This document shows positions 38,365 through 48,037 of a stretch of DNA of 64,000 nucleotides, in pieces. The stretch covers positions 8,712-72,711 of the forward strand of contig CASFJH010000047.1 of the NCBI GenBank assembly GCA_949294845.1. The letters run 5' to 3'. The position numbers and the translations under genes were made by a program. The DNA is from an uncultured Bacillota bacterium (GTDB lineage: Bacteria > Bacillota > Clostridia > Christensenellales > Pumilibacteraceae). Position 1 is the stretch's first letter. Every line of letters starts with the position of its first letter. The notes under the pieces were generated by a model, which saw nothing but the letters and a program-made list of their open reading frames with translations, did not search any database and was not told the DNA's origin.

Positions 38365-40032
38365 TTAAACGTCGACGACTTTCCAGACAGCGCTTTCATA
38401 CGGCCGCAAAAGCGCTTTCCCGTTACCGGTAAGCGGCGGTTCGGCGTAATTAAACATTTCGGGCCTAAGGCAATGCCCGATTTCGGTTTCAATCGTTCGG
38501 GCGGTAAGATTTGCCGTAACGCACATCGTTTCGTCCCGACCGGTTCGGGTATAAACAAACGTACCCGCAGGAGATCCGAGACGGCTGAAAACCCCGTCAA
38601 TAAAAACTTCTTCATGGCTTCGACGGAAGGCGATAAGCTCCCTGTAAAAATTCCACACGGAACTCTTGTCTTTTATCATAGCTTCGGCATTGATATCGCT
38701 GTAATCGGGATTAATTTTAAGCCACGGCTTTCCGACAGTGAACCCCGCGCCCGTTCCGCCGTTCCATTGCATGGGCGTGCGCGCGTTGTCGCGGCCCTTG
38801 AGGTTAACAATGGCAACCGCTTCTTCCGGCGGATAATACCCGCAGACGTCGTTTTCGGCAAGGAAATTTTCGGCTTCGCAATCATTCATTTCGTCGCGTT
38901 TCAGAGAAATATTGCGCATGGAAAGCTCCGTCCCCTGATATATAAACGGAGTCCCCTGCAAAGTCATGAGTATGACGGCAAGCATTTTTGCACTTTCTGC
39001 GCGATATTTACCGTCGTCGCCGAAACGCGAGACCATACGCGGCTGATCGTGATTGTCAAAGTACAGACTGTTCCAGCCTCGTCCCGCCATGCTGGTCTGC
39101 CATTTGACGAGCGATTCGATAAGGCGCTCGGGCGGCGCAGACGCTCTGTTCCATTTCCCGTGCTCTCCTTCTTCCAGAGACATATGCTCAAACTGAAATA
39201 TCAAGTCAAGCTCTCTGCGGTCGGGGGAAACGAACATTGCGGCTTCATTCGGATCGGTGCGTGAACATTCGCCTATAGTGGCGAGACCGTATTCGGAAAA
39301 AAGCTGCTCGTTGAGATATCTGAAATACTCGTGTATGGGGCCGTAATTTATGAATTTCTTTCTCAGGTTCTCGTCGAAATTTTCGGTAATATCCTCAAAA
39401 TCGCAGTTTTTGGCAAGAAAATTGGCACAGTCTATGCGTAATCCGTCAACGCCTTTTTCCGCCCAGAATTTACCGACTTCGACAATCGCCTTGCGTACAT
39501 CGGGATTTTCCCAGTTAAGATCTGGCTGCGCCTCCGTAAAAAGATGGAAGTAATATTCGCCGGTAATCTCATCCTTGGTCCATGCGGAGCCGCCGAAAAC
39601 CGAGGTCCAGTTGCAGGGCGCGCCGCCGTTTTTGCCCTTACGCCATATATAGTAATCGCGATAAGGATTGTCGGTGCTACGACGGCTCTTTCTGAACCAT
39701 TCGTGCTCGACTGAAGTATGGTTTATTACAAAATCCATGATCAGTTTAATGCCGTTATTATGGAACGCCGAAACAAGCTCGTCAAAATCGGCCATCGTAC
39801 CGAATACCGGATCGATCGCGCAATAATCGGAAATGTCGTAGCCGTTATCTACTCCGGGAGAAAGATATATCGGCGACAGCCATACGGCGTCAACGCCCAG
39901 CGATCTCAGATATCCGACTTTGCCTGTAATGCCGCGCAAATCGCCGATGCCGTCGCCGTTGCCGTCACAGAAACTGCGCGGATAAATCTGGTATATAACG
40001 GCGCGCTGCCACCATTTATCATTTTTTAACAT
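38365..40032 (-). CDS. GH13 alpha-glucosidase / oligo-1,6-glucosidase family
   Basis: WWQRAVIYQIYPRSF, DFVINHTS, GLRIDCANF, and the FDNHDQPR region. Confidence 0.88.
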   Translation of the reverse strand: MLKNDKWWQRAVIYQIYPRSFCDGNGDGIGDLRGITGKVGYLRSLGVDAVWLSPIYLSPGVDNGYDISDYCAIDPVFGTMADFDELVSAFHNNGIKLIMDFVINHTSVEHEWFRKSRRSTDNPYRDYYIWRKGKNGGAPCNWTSVFGGSAWTKDEITGEYYFHLFTEAQPDLNWENPDVRKAIVEVGKFWAEKGVDGLRIDCANFLAKNCDFEDITENFDENLRKKFINYGPIHEYFRYLNEQLFSEYGLATIGECSRTDPNEAAMFVSPDRRELDLIFQFEHMSLEEGEHGKWNRASAPPERLIESLVKWQTSMAGRGWNSLYFDNHDQPRMVSRFGDDGKYRAESAKMLAVILMTLQGTPFIYQGTELSMRNISLKRDEMNDCEAENFLAENDVCGYYPPEEAVAIVNLKGRDNARTPMQWNGGTGAGFTVGKPWLKINPDYSDINAEAMIKDKSSVWNFYRELIAFRRSHEEVFIDGVFSRLGSPAGTFVYTRTGRDETMCVTANLTARTIETEIGHCLRPEMFNYAEPPLTGNGKALLRPYESAVWKVVDV

Positions 40033-40047
40033 ACTTACACCTTGCAG

Positions 40048-41829
40048 TCAGTAATCGATTTCTGTAATATCCAGCGATAATATCCCCGCTTTATCACCGT
40101 CCCAAACGGACAGCGGCACTACGCGTATTCCGTCCGCCATGCGGTTAAGCGGCACGGTCAGCAGCCTCTTTGAATTATCCTCGATCTCGGCCGCGGTTTT
40201 CCATTCTCCGCCGGAGAGATATTCTATTTTTCCGCGCTTCATAAGCCGTGGCGGCATTATCATTTCTTTTTCGTCAAGGTGCAAATGATTGCGCATCGGA
40301 TACAGCCTCGTGTCGAAACAATAATCGTCTTCGCTCAAAAATGTGCGCGCAAGATCGCTGTCAAGAACTATTCTTATACGCTTTACGAATTCGGTATGCG
40401 CAAATTTGAGTTCGAGCGCATTGCCGCAATCTATTGCCACTCCTGCCTTTTGTCCTTCCACGGTGCGCTCAATGCCGGAAGTGATAAGCGCCGTCTGTTC
40501 TGCGCTTAAGTTATATTGCCCGTTTAGCGCAGCCTTGCTGAGCCGTCTGGGCGTATTGATCAGAAAGCAATCGACGTCGCGCAACAGCTGCTTCAGCTCG
40601 GCAATATGACCAAGCACGCCGCGAGGAGTCAGCTTGCGCGTAACGGCTATAAATGCGGCCGCGCCGACCGCCTGCCCTACCAAAGCGCACGTTCCCATAA
40701 CTCTGCTTGACGAACATGCCAGATGCGAACAGCTTATGTTGCGTCCGGCAAAAAACAGATTTTCGATATTGACCGAATAAAGAGTACGGTAAGGAATGGG
40801 ATACGGATGCGGTTTAGAGTGAACCCAGTTGGGCGGCCCGTCGAAATCAAACCCGCGAGGATCGTGATCGTCGACCGGCCAACCGCCGTAAGCGATCTCG
40901 TCATCGAAGGCGCGGCACAAGTCTATGTCGTTCTGCGTCAGCACATAGTCGCCGACATAACGGTTGCTTTCCCTCTTTCCGGGCAAAAATCCTATAAATG
41001 CAAGCTCCCAGTTGTCAGCGTCGTACTTACCGCTGTTCTTTATATAATCCCATACGCCGTACGCTATAGGCACAAGCCGGTCTCTTACCCTTTCGGTGTC
41101 TCCGACCGAATCTCCGTCTCCGCCCAGCTCGAGCCACCAGAAGTTACCGCAATGCCAGCCGTATTTCTCGTCTATGCGCGAGCGGAATTGTTCTTCGGTA
41201 AGCTTGGCGGCAAACGGCGGGGGCGTATAACGCACGGGGCGATCGCATTCCCTTGCCTGTATCATGCAGCTCATTCCCATGGTTTTCGAATCGGCTTTTT
41301 CCTGCGCGAAACGTTCGCCGTACTCCGATTTGGCCTCCCTGCCTTTGACGAACCTGGCGCCGCTGAGAGGCGCAAGCACGCTGTCGCCCGAGCAGTCCGA
41401 AAAATATTCTGCCTTTATTTCGTGATAGGTATAGGTGGTAAGCTGCCAGCCTTTTACCGAAACTATGCGCCCTTTCTCGACTTTTGCATCGTAACAGGCA
41501 CAGTTGAGGATCAGGTCAATATTCTTTTCCGCCTGCACCATACCGAGCAGAATACCGTCCCAGTTCTGATACGTCATGGAGGGATTATAGCGGCTCTGAA
41601 GCAGCGTGAGTTCTTCAAGAAGCCCCGATTCGCGATATTCCGGATAGGAATATCCCGCTCCCCGTATCCACATACGAATCTCGCTGGAAGCGTTGCCGCC
41701 GACCATCGGCCGGTCCTGCATGAGACAGACCTTAATGCCGAGTCTTGCGGCCGTGATTGCGGCGAACATTCCGGAAAGGCCGCCGCCGACTATGCCAAGT
41801 TGCGCTTTATGTTCGATAGTTTCAAGCAT
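40048..41829 (-). CDS. FAD-dependent oxidoreductase (FAD_oxidored type) with a C-terminal beta-rich extension
   Basis: 593 aa. GGGLSGMFAAITAARLG dinucleotide motif and C-terminal FAD motif GRNISCSHLACSSSRVMGTCALVGQAVG. Confidence 0.7.
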   Translation of the reverse strand: MLETIEHKAQLGIVGGGLSGMFAAITAARLGIKVCLMQDRPMVGGNASSEIRMWIRGAGYSYPEYRESGLLEELTLLQSRYNPSMTYQNWDGILLGMVQAEKNIDLILNCACYDAKVEKGRIVSVKGWQLTTYTYHEIKAEYFSDCSGDSVLAPLSGARFVKGREAKSEYGERFAQEKADSKTMGMSCMIQARECDRPVRYTPPPFAAKLTEEQFRSRIDEKYGWHCGNFWWLELGGDGDSVGDTERVRDRLVPIAYGVWDYIKNSGKYDADNWELAFIGFLPGKRESNRYVGDYVLTQNDIDLCRAFDDEIAYGGWPVDDHDPRGFDFDGPPNWVHSKPHPYPIPYRTLYSVNIENLFFAGRNISCSHLACSSSRVMGTCALVGQAVGAAAFIAVTRKLTPRGVLGHIAELKQLLRDVDCFLINTPRRLSKAALNGQYNLSAEQTALITSGIERTVEGQKAGVAIDCGNALELKFAHTEFVKRIRIVLDSDLARTFLSEDDYCFDTRLYPMRNHLHLDEKEMIMPPRLMKRGKIEYLSGGEWKTAAEIEDNSKRLLTVPLNRMADGIRVVPLSVWDGDKAGILSLDITEIDY

Positions 41830-41845
41830 AACGACTCTCCTTATA

Positions 41846-43588
41846 TCAGTGCATAAATTCGTCCAGACGTCTTGCTATCCTGACTGATGAAGCCTTCTGT
41901 ATGAGCACCCGGTGCCTCCCCTCGCCTTCAATAAACTCCGAACCGCCTCTTTCGTCGAATTTCATGCGACCGTATGGCGAAAGTTCGAACAAATCGTCGG
42001 TGCCGTAGATCGCGTAATAGACTGCGCAAGGATCCCAGCTTGCTCTTACCCCGTTGCTTCCGCGCAAATCGTAAACGAATCGCGCCACGGTTCCCTGAGG
42101 GATAGCCGCCCCCGTAAGTATGTCGTAACCGACTTCAAACGGAACGTAAGTAATGTCGACAAGACATTTATCCGCAAACCGCGCTGCCGATGAAACGTCC
42201 TGCTCTATGTTCCACTCTATATCGATCAGCTTGTTTTCAAATTTTATGCGCGGATCAGCTACGGTACCGCCCATAATAACGACCTCGTCAACTGCCTTTT
42301 CCAGCAGACCGGTACCCACCAGCCCGACGATATTACGCTGAGGACCTATTGCGGCAACGGTATATCTGCCTCCGGAAGCGAGCGTGCGTTTAAGCAGATC
42401 GATACTTTCGGAAGTTTGGGCCGATATTGTGAAATGCCGCTTTACCGCGGCGGCGTAACGGTTGTAATCTCCGTCGCACATAAACGGCTCGCCGGTATTA
42501 ATCCCTATCGGCACAGTAACTCCGTAATCGGCAAATATTCCGGCGATACATTCCCCGGCGCCGTCCATAGTGGTGCAGGAAGTAACCGCGCACAGCCGTG
42601 CGTCGCCGTTAAGGCGCGCCGTCTTTGCCAACAGAAGAGCGCCGGCGTCGTCAAACCGCGCGCGCCGCACATAATCGTCAATAGTCAGGTTATAAACGGC
42701 GTTTATCCTTACGCTTTCTCTTATCCCCAGAAGAGGCGCGGTCGCTATAAGCGAGCAATTGCGGAATGCCTCGGTATATTCCGCTAGCGCCGCCGCATAC
42801 TGAGCGGCCGCCTCGCGGCCTGTTCTCATAAGTCTGAACATTGCGCCCGGATCGCTGATATCTACGCCGTACAGATAACCGGCATTTATTGCCGCTACGT
42901 TTCCGTACAGTATTTTTATGCAGAAATGCGGACTTGTTATAAGCGGATACCGCGGATCGGCGGCAATTTTATGTAACGGACTGTCCGGGTTGGACGAATG
43001 AAGCTCGGGCTCCCTTTTAAACGCCTGTATGTCCAGTCCGCCGAGATAAAAGCACAGCGACGCAGGCTGAACCATCTCCGGCCGCACAACCGACGCCCCC
43101 GATAACCGGCACAGGTCCGCGTTTCCGGTACAATCGATAAAACATTTTGCGCTTATTTCGACACGGCCTGCAGGAGTAATAACCGTAACCGACCGTATCA
43201 GACCGCCGTTTAAAGAAACACAAACGGGACAGCTCTCAAACCATACGTCAGTACCGCACTCATAAACAAGCTTATCGTAGACGCGTTTTAAAGCCTCGGC
43301 TTCGATAGGCACCCATTCTTCCCTGTCGTCCGGCAAATCACTCATGCCCCCGAGCGCGCTGTCAAAAATCTCCCGCGCGCTGCCGGACAAAGTCCATCGG
43401 TGTACCGGACACCAGCTGGGTACAAGTCCGCAGGTGCCCATACCGCCTAACGAAGAAGTCTTTTCGATAAGCAGCGTTTTGCAACCGCGACGGGCACACG
43501 ACAAAGCGGCGGAACACCCTGACGGCCCTCCGCCGATAATTACCGCGTCGTAGCTTACCGATTCAACTGTCGCCGCGTTTCTCATCAA
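41846..43588 (-). CDS. Chimeric ORF: the N-terminal half of a FAD-dependent oxidoreductase fused to a nucleoside-hydrolase-like (IUNH-fold) C-terminal half
   Basis: The N-terminus is DAVIIGGGPSGCSAALSCARRG...GIRESVRI. From about aa 312 the patterns are IUNH-like: FDDAGALLLA, AIGPQRNIVGL, VVIMGG...EWNIEQDVSSAARF, SWDPCAVYYAI. The closing FAD motif seen in the neighbouring paralogue is absent. Confidence 0.6.
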   Translation of the reverse strand: MMRNAATVESVSYDAVIIGGGPSGCSAALSCARRGCKTLLIEKTSSLGGMGTCGLVPSWCPVHRWTLSGSAREIFDSALGGMSDLPDDREEWVPIEAEALKRVYDKLVYECGTDVWFESCPVCVSLNGGLIRSVTVITPAGRVEISAKCFIDCTGNADLCRLSGASVVRPEMVQPASLCFYLGGLDIQAFKREPELHSSNPDSPLHKIAADPRYPLITSPHFCIKILYGNVAAINAGYLYGVDISDPGAMFRLMRTGREAAAQYAAALAEYTEAFRNCSLIATAPLLGIRESVRINAVYNLTIDDYVRRARFDDAGALLLAKTARLNGDARLCAVTSCTTMDGAGECIAGIFADYGVTVPIGINTGEPFMCDGDYNRYAAAVKRHFTISAQTSESIDLLKRTLASGGRYTVAAIGPQRNIVGLVGTGLLEKAVDEVVIMGGTVADPRIKFENKLIDIEWNIEQDVSSAARFADKCLVDITYVPFEVGYDILTGAAIPQGTVARFVYDLRGSNGVRASWDPCAVYYAIYGTDDLFELSPYGRMKFDERGGSEFIEGEGRHRVLIQKASSVRIARRLDEFMH

Positions 43589-43623
43589 AACATTTCGCTC
43601 CCTGCCGGAAAGTTTTCTGAAAA

Positions 43624-43641
43624 AATGTAATCGATTACATT
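43624..43641. promoter_or_regulatory. Perfect 18-bp palindrome containing a cre-type (CcpA / LacI-family) operator
   Basis: AATGTAATCGATTACATT. The core TGTAATCGATTACA fits the cre consensus TGWAANCGNTNWCA. It lies 36 nt upstream of the FAD/FAD/GH13 operon start. Confidence 0.6.
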
Positions 43642-43651
43642 AGTAAACTTA

Positions 43652-43697
43652 TAATAACATACAAAACCGGGCTTTAATAACATACAAAACCGGGCTT
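43652..43697. repeat. Perfect 23-bp tandem duplication
   Basis: TAATAACATACAAAACCGGGCTT at 43652..43674 is repeated exactly at 43675..43697. Confidence 0.9.
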
Positions 43698-43826
43698 GTC
43701 AATACTTTTTAAAAAATTTTTTTGAAAATTTTTTCGTGTAACCGCGATATGCTGAGTATGTTTTAAGTTGTTAATACGACGAATTTGAGGCAATTGGCTT
43801 AAAAAGGTTGATTTAATAAATTTATA

Positions 43827-44549
43827 GTGATATACTATAAGGGTATGGAGTCTGTAATTACGCAAAAAGAACCCGTGCCCGTCTGCCGGCGCGTCACAGT
43901 CCTGTTTGCAGCAGCCGCCGTTACTCTTGCGGTCGTTTTCGGCGTCAATATTTTGCATTTGCTTGACGGCGCCATAACCGAAGCCGTACATATATCGTCA
44001 TACACCATGATGATATATAACGCCGCGGTCGTCGTCATATTTGCCGCGTTTATTCCCTGCCTTAACGTATTTCTAAAGCGTCACGCGGATTTTGCTCCGT
44101 TCGCAAAATCGGAAAAGCCTCTTTTATATAAGCGCACGCTTATTATATTTGCCGTCACCGCAGTTTGCGTTTTTGTCACTTCCGCCTGCATAGGCTTCAA
44201 GTTCAAAGTTTTTTACGAACTCGGTCAGGACGTTGCCGTAATACACATGAGCGCCGTGCTTATCGAATATTTGCGCCGGCTGCTGCAGCTTATGATAGCG
44301 ATTGCGTTTCTGCGCATTACCGACGAGGCCTTTTCCGCGCTTTTGCCGGCATGCAAAATTCCCGTTGCCGGCATCGTATTCGTATTGCTGTACGGTGTGA
44401 TCGATTTTTTCCTTTACAGAGCGTTGGGGCGCGGACTGTTTTCATACGTCTATCTTGCGTACAACGTCGTTTACGCATTGTTTTACTATATCGGCGACCG
44501 TAAACTTTATACGGCGTTTATTCCCGCGGCAGTTCTTCTGGTGTTGTAA
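43827..44549 (+). CDS. Hypothetical polytopic membrane protein
   Basis: 240 aa with about 6-7 hydrophobic helices. The start is uncertain (GTG 43827 or ATG 43845). The stop lies 2 nt before the LtaS-like start. Confidence 0.5.
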   Translation: MIYYKGMESVITQKEPVPVCRRVTVLFAAAAVTLAVVFGVNILHLLDGAITEAVHISSYTMMIYNAAVVVIFAAFIPCLNVFLKRHADFAPFAKSEKPLLYKRTLIIFAVTAVCVFVTSACIGFKFKVFYELGQDVAVIHMSAVLIEYLRRLLQLMIAIAFLRITDEAFSALLPACKIPVAGIVFVLLYGVIDFFLYRALGRGLFSYVYLAYNVVYALFYYIGDRKLYTAFIPAAVLLVL

Positions 44550-44551
44550 CG

Positions 44552-46543
44552 ATGAAAGATAAGATCATATATACAATCAAAAAGCAAAGCCTTATAATTC
44601 TGTTTATCGTGCTTGCGCTTCTTATCGATCTGACCGGCGTATGCGTTACGAGCGGTAAGTTTTATATCCGCTATCCCGCTATGTACATTTCCGTCATCGG
44701 GCTTATTGCTGCCGTTGCGCTGTTTATCAGCAGCCAGAAGGCGCGCTTTGTTTCTCTTTCGGTGGCGCTTTCGGTCATTTACCTTCTTGACGCGGTATTT
44801 ATCGTAATATACGATATGACCGGCACCATGTTCGAGTTTTCAATGCTGTCGCTTAAACACGACGCAATGAACATCGTCGAATCGGTTCCGATCAATTTTG
44901 CATTCTCGTTCGTTTCATTATTTCTTCTTACTTCGTACTTTATTTTCGGCTCGTACGTTCACGCGAAGCTTCCGGTTCCCGAAAAAGGCCGCAAACGTCT
45001 CGTAATACAATCCTCGGTGCTGGCAGCCATTCTGCTGGCGCATGCTTTAACAATAGGCTTTACCGACTTTTCAAAAGCGCGGGCTCTGGTCGATAAAATT
45101 TACGAGTCGTCAGAGAACGCTTACGTCGACTACGGAATAATCGGCAACTTCACTACCGAAATGTACGGCGGGCTTTTTGCAACCCGCAACGTTCCGCTCG
45201 ACGAAGAAGAAGCGCAGGACCTGAACGATTTCGTTTACGGGCAAACGTCCGTTACGACCGATTATACCGGCGCAGCCGAAGGCTACAACGTCGTTACCGT
45301 GCTGTGCGAAAGTTTCGAATGGTTTTCGTTTATGGCGGACATTTCAAAATATCCCAACGCTTTCAACTGCAGCGAAGAAATTCTGCGGGAGCTTTACCCC
45401 AATCTTTACGAGTTTTACGACAACTCCATTGTGGCTAACAATTTCCACGCGCTGGAAAAGACAGACATTTCCGAAAATCTTTCAATTATCGGCAATTATC
45501 CGCTTGAAGCATTTATTAACTATGCTTATCCGGAAAATACGCTGTCCTACAGCCTGCCCAATATATTAAAAAACCTTTACGGCGTGAGCTCGAACTCTTT
45601 CCATGACGGCACAAATACCTTTTATAATCGCAACGTCCACCATGTAAACGCTCTGGGCTTCGACAGCTTCACTTCGGCCGAAGCTATGGGCTTCGATAAC
45701 GAGCTCAAACGCCTGGGAGAAACTAACCGCGACGGAGAGATGATCCGCAATTGCGCAGACGCAATGTTCCCCACCGACCGGAGATTCAATACCTATATAA
45801 CCACCATATCCATGCACGGTCAGTACACCTACCGCGAGAATTTTGCACAGTATTACGACAAACTGGACGAATACGGTCTGCTTCCTGTTCAGGAAGGGCT
45901 CAATTCCGATTCACAGGCGGCTACGGCTCTCAGATATTACTGCGCCGCCGCAATGGAGCTCGACGACGCCGTAGGCGAAATTATGTCGCAGCTACGCACG
46001 CGTAAATCCACAGACGGCACGCCCTTGATCGAAAACACTCTGGTAGTGCTGTTCGGCGATCATTACTCGTATTACCAGCAGGTTACCAATTACGCCAAGA
46101 ACATTTACAACTCCAAAACCGAAAATTATACCGAGCTGTACCGCATCCCGCTCATGATAAAAGTCGGCGATATGAGCGGTCAGACTGTAGTCGATAAATT
46201 TTGCTGTACCGCCGACATTCTGCCCACAATCCTTGATTTGCTCGGCATAAAGTATTACTCCAATCTCTATTACGGACACAGTATATTCGACAGCGAAGAA
46301 AGCATCCTGTATTCGCGCGCTTACGATAAATTCATTACGGATAAAGTTGTGTTCGTTTCGATAAACAAAACTATTTACTCCGATCCCGACGTCGACGAAG
46401 TCTATATGGCGGAAATCGAACAGCGAGCCAGAGAGATCATGTTTAAAACCGAAAACGTTATGAAAATTTTCAAGCATGACTTCTTTGCCGGCACGGAAGG
46501 AGACGAGTTTAATTTAAAGATGCGCGAGCTTAATCACCTTTAA
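44552..46543 (+). CDS. LTA synthase / sulfatase-family phosphoglycerol transferase-like membrane protein
   Basis: 663 aa. N-terminal TM bundle followed by an extracytoplasmic sulfatase-fold domain (NVVTVLCESFEW, VVLFGDH). Confidence 0.7.
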   Translation: MKDKIIYTIKKQSLIILFIVLALLIDLTGVCVTSGKFYIRYPAMYISVIGLIAAVALFISSQKARFVSLSVALSVIYLLDAVFIVIYDMTGTMFEFSMLSLKHDAMNIVESVPINFAFSFVSLFLLTSYFIFGSYVHAKLPVPEKGRKRLVIQSSVLAAILLAHALTIGFTDFSKARALVDKIYESSENAYVDYGIIGNFTTEMYGGLFATRNVPLDEEEAQDLNDFVYGQTSVTTDYTGAAEGYNVVTVLCESFEWFSFMADISKYPNAFNCSEEILRELYPNLYEFYDNSIVANNFHALEKTDISENLSIIGNYPLEAFINYAYPENTLSYSLPNILKNLYGVSSNSFHDGTNTFYNRNVHHVNALGFDSFTSAEAMGFDNELKRLGETNRDGEMIRNCADAMFPTDRRFNTYITTISMHGQYTYRENFAQYYDKLDEYGLLPVQEGLNSDSQAATALRYYCAAAMELDDAVGEIMSQLRTRKSTDGTPLIENTLVVLFGDHYSYYQQVTNYAKNIYNSKTENYTELYRIPLMIKVGDMSGQTVVDKFCCTADILPTILDLLGIKYYSNLYYGHSIFDSEESILYSRAYDKFITDKVVFVSINKTIYSDPDVDEVYMAEIEQRAREIMFKTENVMKIFKHDFFAGTEGDEFNLKMRELNHL

Positions 46544-46596
46544 AAAATCCGGTAAAATATTATGCGCTGACCGGCCGGTCATTTGTATATGCCACT

Positions 46597-46625
46597 TAAA
46601 AACGCCTCTATAAGAGGCGTTTTTA
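46597..46625. terminator. Bidirectional rho-independent terminator
   Basis: AAAAACGCCTCT-ata-AGAGGCGTTTTT, lying between convergent genes. Confidence 0.75.
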
Positions 46626-46703
46626 AATATATTGCAAACCGCACAACGTTAAATTCAAATCTTTTTCACTCAGATGGCGACTGAAAAAATTTATAAAATC
46701 GGC

Positions 46704-47303
46704 TTAAATATCAATTTCTCTGTTTTTATAATAATATAACCTGTCGCGCTCGCCTATTTCGCGCAAAATGCGGCATGGGTTACCGGCAGCAACTACTCCC
46801 GAAGGAATATCCTTTGTAACGACGCTTCCTGCGCCGATGACCGAATCGTCACCGATAGTAATACCGGGCAGTATTACCGCGCCGGCGCCTATCCACACGT
46901 TATTCCCTATCTTTACAGGTATGTTGAATTGCGCGACTTTGCGCCTTAAGGACGGCTCCACGGGATGCCCGGCGGTAGCTACCGTAACGTTAGGTCCGAA
47001 CATAACGCTGTCCCCCACATATATGTCGGCGTCGTCTACCAGCGTAAGATTAAAATTGGCGTAAACGTTATTGCCGAAATGCGTGTGCTTTCCCCAATTG
47101 GCGTGCAAAGGCGGCTCTATATAGCAGTTTTCGCCCACTTCGGCAAACAGCCGCTTAAGTATCGCGGCACGCTTATCGCTTTCCGTAGGGCGAGTCGCAT
47201 TGAAATCATATAAAATTTCCAAACAGGCTGTCTGCTCCTTCATAAGCTCTTCATCTGTGCAAAAATAAATTTTGCCCGAAGCCATTCTCTCTTTTACGTT
47301 CAT
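46704..47303 (-). CDS. maa: Maltose/galactoside O-acetyltransferase (hexapeptide repeat)
   Basis: 199 aa. The N-terminus MASGKIYFCTDEELMKEQTACLEILYDFN is a Mac domain, followed by left-handed beta-helix repeats. Confidence 0.8.
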   Translation of the reverse strand: MNVKERMASGKIYFCTDEELMKEQTACLEILYDFNATRPTESDKRAAILKRLFAEVGENCYIEPPLHANWGKHTHFGNNVYANFNLTLVDDADIYVGDSVMFGPNVTVATAGHPVEPSLRRKVAQFNIPVKIGNNVWIGAGAVILPGITIGDDSVIGAGSVVTKDIPSGVVAAGNPCRILREIGERDRLYYYKNREIDI

Positions 47304-47353
47304 AAATAGTTCCTCTTGTAAAATTCAATGCTCGCTTTCGATGTATCGCTTGA

Positions 47354-47599
47354 TTATCGCGAAAAGGTATTCGGACGCTCTATTATGCAGACGTTTTCTT
47401 CAGCAAGCTTAACGTAAGCGCCCATTCTCTTCAGCGCTTCGGTAAGAATACGATGACGCTCGTAAAAATTTCCTGCCTTTTTCAATCCCGATTCGGTAAA
47501 AGCGATTTTCCCACTGTTACGGTCAATTGTTAAATATCCCCTTTTCTCAAGAAGATTTATCGCTCGCGAAACACTTGATTTCGCATAATCCGGTACTTT
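47354..47599 (-). pseudogene. Remnant of a DtxR/MntR-family metalloregulator (no start codon; truncated at both ends)
   Basis: The minus-strand open frame, bounded by stops, reads KVPDYAKSSVSRAINLLEKRGYLTIDRNSGKIAFTESGLKKAGNFYERHRILTEALKRMGAYVKLAEENVCIIERPNTFSR*. This is the wHTH plus the start of the dimerisation helix of the DtxR family. The first roughly 25 aa, any start codon and the metal-site C-terminal part are missing. Confidence 0.6.
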
Positions 47600-47687
47600 T
47601 TAACCAATTATTCTTTTAATGTTCAACAAAATACAGAACTACACATATTACAGAAATAAAAATAGCAAAAATGCAAATGAAGCAATT

Positions 47688-47725
47688 CAGGACGTTGTCT
47701 TTAAATCAGGACGTCGTCTTTAAAA
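47688..47725. repeat. Tandem 19-bp direct repeat (2 copies, 2 mismatches)
   Basis: CAGGACGTTGTCTTTAAAT / CAGGACGTCGTCTTTAAAA. Confidence 0.85.
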
Positions 47726-47761
47726 AACGTTCTATTCTTTCTCCTTCACAATAATCGCTAA

Positions 47762-47812
47762 TAAAAAATCTTAAACCCACTCAATTTTATCATTGAATGG
47801 GTTTAAGATTTT
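47762..47812 (-). terminator. Long hairpin terminator immediately after tRNA-Leu
   Basis: 18-bp stem with one mismatch: ATCTTAAACCCACTCAAT/ATTGAATGGGTTTAAGAT. It has a T-run on the minus strand and an A-run on the other side. Confidence 0.75.
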
Positions 47813-47895
47813 TGGTGCGGAGGATGGGACTTGAACCCACACGGGATTACCACTAGCTCCTGAAACTAGCGCGTCTGCCATTCCGCCACCTCCGC
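47813..47895 (-). tRNA. tRNA-Leu (anticodon CAG), class II with a long variable arm and encoded CCA
   Basis: The reverse complement is GCGGAGGTGGCGGAATGGCAGACGCGCTAGTTTCAGGAGCTAGTGGTAATCCCGTGTGGGTTCAAGTCCCATCCTCCGCACCA. Acceptor stem GCGGAGG/CCTCCGC; anticodon stem CTAGT/GCTAG with loop TTCAGGA; T-loop GGTTCAAGTCC. Confidence 0.9.
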
Positions 47896-48037
47896 ATTCA
47901 AGACAGCTTAATCATTATACAATATAGGCGGATTTATGTCAACCGTTTAACGGATATTTCAGGCGGATTAACTGTAAATAAATTTAATTTTTACCGATTT
48001 CAGCAAGGTATAAACCATTAAATTAAAGCTTATAAAA

